From contig CAWJLF010000007.1 of assembly GCA_963843635.1 (NCBI GenBank), positions 65,570 through 129,569 of the forward strand: 64,000 nucleotides of DNA, read 5' to 3'. Positions 59,710 to 64,000 of this stretch are shown one piece after another (the stretch's first letter is position 1; each line of letters starts with the position of its first letter). Below the pieces are notes generated by a model. The model was not told where the DNA came from, ran no database searches, and saw only the letters and a list, made by a program, of their open reading frames with translations. The stretch is from an uncultured Bacteroidales bacterium. GTDB taxonomy: Bacteria; Bacteroidota; Bacteroidia; Bacteroidales; VadinHA17. Made by a program: the position numbers and the translations under genes.

Positions 59710-62160
59710 ATGAAAAAACTCGTCAAATCATCACTTTTTATCCTGCTTATCTGTCAGTTGACTTCTCCCTTTATGATGGCACAGGGACATAAGAAGTACG
59801 ATCCTTACTCCAACCCGGATATTTATAAAAAGGGATGGATCGATTTTAATAAAAACGGGAAAAAAGACCTTTATGAAGATTCCAACGCCGACATTGAGGC
59901 CCGTATAAATGATCTTCTTAATCAAATGACCATAGATGAAAAAACATGTCAGCTGGTAACTCTGTATGGTTTTCCAAAGGTTTTAATGGATTCACTCCCT
60001 ACACCGGAATGGAAGAATAAAATATGGATAGACGGAATTGCCAACATTGATGAACATCTCAACGGTTATAGATCAGCAGCCCTTTCATCACCTCCTTCCC
60101 TTCACGCCAGGGCAATGAATACGGTTCAAAAATGGTTCATAGAAGAGACCCGGCTGGGTATACCCGTTGATTTCACCAATGAAGGTATTTATGGAGCCTG
60201 TTTCCCTGCGGCAACACTTTTTCCGGCACAGGTAGGTGTGGGCTCGTCCTGGGATAAATCGCTGGTATCAGATATTGGGGCTATTACATCTGCCGAGACT
60301 AAAGCCGCCGGATTCACAAACGTATATTCTCCTATTCTGGATGAAGCCCGTGATCCTCGTTGGGGACGTGCTGTTGAAAGTTACGGTGAGGACCCGTACC
60401 TCGTATCACAACTTGGACTACGACAGGTACTGGCGATTCAGAAAGACCATACTGTTGTTTCCACGCCCAAACATTTTGCGGCTTACAGTATTCCTATCGG
60501 TGGAAGAGATGGAGAAACAAGAACAGATCCCCAGATAGCCCCGCATGAGATGCAGACACTTCTGCTGGCTCCCTTCCGGGTTGCTTTCACCAAAGGTCAT
60601 GCTCATGGAACAATGGCGTCCTATAATGATTATGATGGGGTACCTGTTGCAGGATCCTCATGGTTCCTGACCGATTTGCTTCGCCGAGAGTGGGGCTTTA
60701 AGGGTTATGTAGTTTCTGACAGTGAAGCACTGGAGTTCCTGTGGTCCAAACACCATGTGGCACCTGATTATAAAGATGCCGTGAAACAGGCACTTGAAGC
60801 CGGATTAAACGTCAGGACTACCTTCAGGAGTCCTGACTCATACCTGATTCCTCTCCGCGAATTGATAAAAGAGGGTGCTATTTCAACTGAGCTCCTGAAC
60901 AGCAGGGTACACGACGTTCTATGGGTTAAGTTCTGGCTGGGTTTATTCGATAAGCCATATATAGATAATCCGGATGAATCAGACAAGATTTTTGCGAATC
61001 CTGAATATGAAAAAGTATCCAGAAAAGCTTCATATGAAGCAATGATACTCCTGAAAAACAAGGATAATTTCCTTCCTCTCGAGAAAGAAAAGGTGGGCAC
61101 CATGCTCATTGCCGGTCCCAATGCCGATAGTAAGGTCCTGTCGCTTTCGAGGTATGGTCCCAAGAATATTAATTACAAATCTGTACTAGAGGCTTTCAGG
61201 GCAAAGCTGGGTAAGAGCATAAATATTCTGTATTCCGAGGGATGTAAGATAACAGATCCGGGTTGGCCTGAAAGCGAGATAATACCAACAGAACCGAACA
61301 CAGAAGAAATGAAAGGCATAAATGATGCAGTGGAAAAAGCAGAAAAATCTGATGTAGTCCTGCTCGTACTGGGCGAAGACAATAATATAGTTGGTGAATC
61401 AAAGTCCAGAACTGATCTTAACCTGGCCGGCCATCAGCAATACCTCCTGAACAGGATCTGCGAAACAGGAAAACCTGTTATCCTGGTATTAATGAACGGA
61501 AGGGCAATAACTATAAATGAGGCAGATAAGAAATGTAACGCTATCATTGAAGCATGGTTCCCGGGAAAATACGGTGGAGAAGCAATAGCAGACATAGTGT
61601 TTGGTGATTACAATCCCGGAGGGAAACTCCCTGTTACCTTTCCCAAATCTGTCGGTCAGATACCTATGTGCTTCCCTTATAAACCCTCTGCCCAGGCGGG
61701 AGCGGCAACTACTGTCAATGGTGTTCTCTATCCTTTCGGATTCGGGCTCAGCTATACAACTTTTGAATATTCAAATCTCACTATAACTCCTGAAAAACAA
61801 TTAGAGGAAGGTATCGTAGATGTGGCTGTCGATATTAAAAATACCGGTAAAAGAACAGGAGACGAAGTGGTTCAGCTCTACATTAACGATGAGGTCAGTT
61901 CGGTAATTAGATTCGAAAAGGAACTACGAGGCTTTGAAAGAATAACACTTGAACCAGGAGAATCCAGGACAATACATTTCATGCTTTCCCCAGATGATTT
62001 GATGATGCTCGACAGGGATATGAAATGGATAGTTGAACCTGGGTGGTTCAAGGTAATGGTTGGAAGCTCATCAGCTGACATAAGGCAAGAGGGCAGGTTC
62101 GAGATCATGACAACAGACAGACTCAGTAAACCATACGATACACATAGGCTGGGCCGATGA
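59710..62160 (+). CDS. GH3 beta-glucosidase (BglX-type), intact
   Basis: 816 aa with RDPRWGRAVESYGEDP, KHFAAYS, GYVVSDSEA, FGFGLSYTTFEY and a C-terminal FnIII-like domain. Confidence 0.9.
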   Translation: MKKLVKSSLFILLICQLTSPFMMAQGHKKYDPYSNPDIYKKGWIDFNKNGKKDLYEDSNADIEARINDLLNQMTIDEKTCQLVTLYGFPKVLMDSLPTPEWKNKIWIDGIANIDEHLNGYRSAALSSPPSLHARAMNTVQKWFIEETRLGIPVDFTNEGIYGACFPAATLFPAQVGVGSSWDKSLVSDIGAITSAETKAAGFTNVYSPILDEARDPRWGRAVESYGEDPYLVSQLGLRQVLAIQKDHTVVSTPKHFAAYSIPIGGRDGETRTDPQIAPHEMQTLLLAPFRVAFTKGHAHGTMASYNDYDGVPVAGSSWFLTDLLRREWGFKGYVVSDSEALEFLWSKHHVAPDYKDAVKQALEAGLNVRTTFRSPDSYLIPLRELIKEGAISTELLNSRVHDVLWVKFWLGLFDKPYIDNPDESDKIFANPEYEKVSRKASYEAMILLKNKDNFLPLEKEKVGTMLIAGPNADSKVLSLSRYGPKNINYKSVLEAFRAKLGKSINILYSEGCKITDPGWPESEIIPTEPNTEEMKGINDAVEKAEKSDVVLLVLGEDNNIVGESKSRTDLNLAGHQQYLLNRICETGKPVILVLMNGRAITINEADKKCNAIIEAWFPGKYGGEAIADIVFGDYNPGGKLPVTFPKSVGQIPMCFPYKPSAQAGAATTVNGVLYPFGFGLSYTTFEYSNLTITPEKQLEEGIVDVAVDIKNTGKRTGDEVVQLYINDEVSSVIRFEKELRGFERITLEPGESRTIHFMLSPDDLMMLDRDMKWIVEPGWFKVMVGSSSADIRQEGRFEIMTTDRLSKPYDTHRLGR

Positions 62161-62320
62161 AATGAAACGGGAACCTATAAAAAACGATAAAGCAATAATA
62201 TATATCATAATCTGTAATGTTGAAAGAGTAACGCAATGAATTACAGCATGATATAATGACCCATATTTGGAGACCAGGCCTGAAACAACTATTTATTAAG
62301 AAGAAAAATTGTGCTTTTTC

Positions 62321-62350
62321 TTTGATATATTAAAATAAATGGTACATTTG
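62321..62350 (+). promoter_or_regulatory. Bacteroidota-type promoter (-33 TTTG, -7 TAcaTTTG)
   Basis: TTTG at 62321-62324 and TACATTTG at 62343-62350 are separated by 18 nt. The -7 box lies 22 nt upstream of the leader ATG. Confidence 0.45.
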
Positions 62351-62371
62351 TCGCTCATTTTATAACTAAAA

Positions 62372-62431
62372 ATGAAATTATCTTTAATCCATATTATTGT
62401 CATCCTTCTCATTATTGTCAAGTGCGTTTGA
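62372..62431 (+). CDS. branched-chain amino acid leader peptide (19 aa)
   Basis: MKLSLIHIIVILLIIVKCV-stop. 13 of 19 residues are Ile/Leu/Val, including an uninterrupted run of nine. It sits directly upstream of a terminator and ilvD. Confidence 0.55.
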   Translation: MKLSLIHIIVILLIIVKCV

Positions 62432-62463
62432 CCGGGAATAATATGTAGTTATTAAATATACAG

Positions 62464-62494
62464 AAGCTTTCCGGGGAACCGGAAAGCTTTTTTT
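62464..62494 (+). terminator. intrinsic terminator (attenuator) upstream of ilvD
   Basis: An 11-bp perfect stem pairs aagctttccgg with ccggaaagctt around the loop ggaa, followed by five T. It ends 18 nt before the ilvD ATG. Confidence 0.7.
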
Positions 62495-62512
62495 ATAATA
62501 ATTATTCAAGTG

Positions 62513-64000
62513 ATGAAGAACGAGTTAAGAAGTTCAAAAACAAGGACAGGAAGAAACATGGCTGGAGCCAGGAGTCTCTGGCGGGCCAACGGTATGACTG
62601 AGGAGCAGATGGATAAACCTGTTATAGCCATTGTCAATTCTTTCTCGCAGTTTGTTCCGGGACATGTTCATCTCCATGAAATTGGCCAGCTGGTAAAAAG
62701 GGAAATAGAAAAGAGGGGCTGTTTTGCTGCCGAATTCAACACGATCGCCATCGATGACGGGATCGCAATGGGTCATGCAGGTATGCTATATTCACTGCCA
62801 TCACGTGAGTTGATTGCTGATAGCGTAGAATATGTTGTAAATGCGCACCTTGCTGATGCAATGGTATGTATTAGTAACTGTGACAAGATCACACCGGGAA
62901 TGATGATGGCAGCAATGAGACTTAACATCCCTGTTGTGTTCGTGTCGGGCGGTCCCATGGAAGCCGGCCTGTTTAAGAACAAGTCGCTTGACCTCGTTGA
63001 TGCAATGGTCGCAGCTGCTGATACCAGCGTGAGTGACAGTGATCTCTATGAAATAGAAAAATCTGCCTGTCCAACCTGCGGATCCTGTTCAGGCATGTTT
63101 ACTGCAAATTCAATGAACTGTCTTACTGAGGCCCTGGGACTATCACTTCCCGGAAACGGGACAGTTGTTGCCACTCATGTTAACAGGGTTGCCCTGTTTG
63201 AAAAAGCGGCACAGTTGATTGTTGATATAACAAACAGGTATTACTATGAAGGAGATGATTCAGTGCTACCCCGGTCAATTGCTACCAAACAGGCTTTTAT
63301 GAATTCCATGTCGCTCGATATAGCAATGGGAGGTTCTACCAACACAGTGCTTCATCTTCTTGCCATAGCCAGCGAAGCCGGAGTTGATTTTACAATGAAA
63401 GATATAGATGATCTTTCCCGCAAAGTACCTAATATATGCAAGGTTGCTCCAAGCTCGAACTATCATGTTCAGGATGTGAACAGGGCTGGCGGTATCCTGG
63501 GTATAATGGGTGAACTTGAACGCGGCAATCTAATAGACAACACAGTTAACAGAATCGACTATCCTTCGCTGCGTGAAGCAATTGCAGATTGGGACATTAT
63601 GGGCGGAACAACCAGTGAAGCAGCATTCAACACATACAGAAGTGGTCCGTCGCTGGTTAGAAACATTAAAATGGGATCACAGGATACTATGTACAGGGAG
63701 TTGGATACCGACAGGAAATCTGGATGTATAAGGTCTGTTCAGCATCCTTACAACAAAGATGGGGGGCTGGCTGTTCTTTATGGTAACATAGCCAGGAAAG
63801 GGTGTATTGTGAAAACCGCCGGAATTGATCCGTCAGTTTTTTCATTTACAGGTACCGCCAGGATATTTGAATCACAGGATGAAGCTGCTGACGGAATTTT
63901 GAATGGTGAAGTCAGGGAAGGTGATGTCGTTGTAATCAGGTACGAGGGCCCCAAGGGTGGACCGGGTATGCAAGAGATGCTTTACCCGACATCATATATC
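62513..64000 (+). CDS. ilvD: dihydroxy-acid dehydratase (3' partial, runs off the window)
   Basis: Hand translation gives [64 protein letters not shown] and [19 protein letters not shown]. The frame is open for all 496 codons to the window end. It is absent from the ORF track because no stop falls inside the window. Confidence 0.95.
   Translation, partial: MKNELRSSKTRTGRNMAGARSLWRANGMTEEQMDKPVIAIVNSFSQFVPGHVHLHEIGQLVKREIEKRGCFAAEFNTIAIDDGIAMGHAGMLYSLPSRELIADSVEYVVNAHLADAMVCISNCDKITPGMMMAAMRLNIPVVFVSGGPMEAGLFKNKSLDLVDAMVAAADTSVSDSDLYEIEKSACPTCGSCSGMFTANSMNCLTEALGLSLPGNGTVVATHVNRVALFEKAAQLIVDITNRYYYEGDDSVLPRSIATKQAFMNSMSLDIAMGGSTNTVLHLLAIASEAGVDFTMKDIDDLSRKVPNICKVAPSSNYHVQDVNRAGGILGIMGELERGNLIDNTVNRIDYPSLREAIADWDIMGGTTSEAAFNTYRSGPSLVRNIKMGSQDTMYRELDTDRKSGCIRSVQHPYNKDGGLAVLYGNIARKGCIVKTAGIDPSVFSFTGTARIFESQDEAADGILNGEVREGDVVVIRYEGPKGGPGMQEMLYPTSYI

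Noticed and set aside
1-64000. Mobile elements, prophage, defence islands, tRNA/rRNA genes
   Set aside because: No integrase, transposase, recombinase, phage structural, restriction-modification, toxin-antitoxin or cas-like translations were seen in any frame. No tRNA-like T-arm or acceptor patterns were seen in the intergenic regions. The window reads as core or accessory metabolic chromosome.

Overview
This is a chromosomal segment from a Bacteroidota-type genome, judged by T9SS/PorP genes, TAnnTTTG-type promoter motifs, SpII lipoprotein signals and dense CAZyme content. I found no rRNA, tRNA, CRISPR array, integrase, transposase or recognisable defence genes. All functional calls come from hand translation and remembered family motifs, with no database search.

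Gene content in order along the window:
1. 1-4.4 kb: secreted Ig/PKD-like proteins, one carrying a T9SS type B sorting domain, followed by a PorP/SprF gene.
2. 4.7-11.1 kb: hexokinase, a GH78-like protein, hypothetical proteins and a TAT-exported DUF362 protein.
3. 11.4-30.6 kb: a MacAB-TolC-like efflux module. One TolC, one adaptor and one ATPase sit on the + strand. A sigma-54 response regulator follows. Five tandem double-FtsX permease paralogs of about 800 aa sit on the - strand.
4. 30.6-62.2 kb: mostly minus-strand carbohydrate genes. These include GH3 (two copies), GH29, GH51, GH27 and GH2, a LacI regulator and an SSS symporter. They also include a TAT Gfo/Idh/MocA oxidoreductase with a PmoA-like protein, an exported amidohydrolase, a TIM-barrel protein and CstA.
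5. 62.3-64.0 kb: an Ile/Leu/Val-rich leader peptide and terminator in front of ilvD, which runs off the window.

Most interesting observations:
- A cytidylyltransferase-fold/GHMP-kinase fusion lies next to a GDP-mannose-3,5-epimerase-like SDR, an SSS transporter and LacI. This could be an undescribed NDP-sugar salvage or Leloir-like route.
- One ATPase, adaptor and TolC serve five permease paralogs.
- The candidate ilv attenuator.
- A 5-kb block (12.6-17.9 kb) is saturated with single-base frame breaks, while neighbouring genes are intact.
- A dispersed and tandem GC-rich hairpin repeat family.
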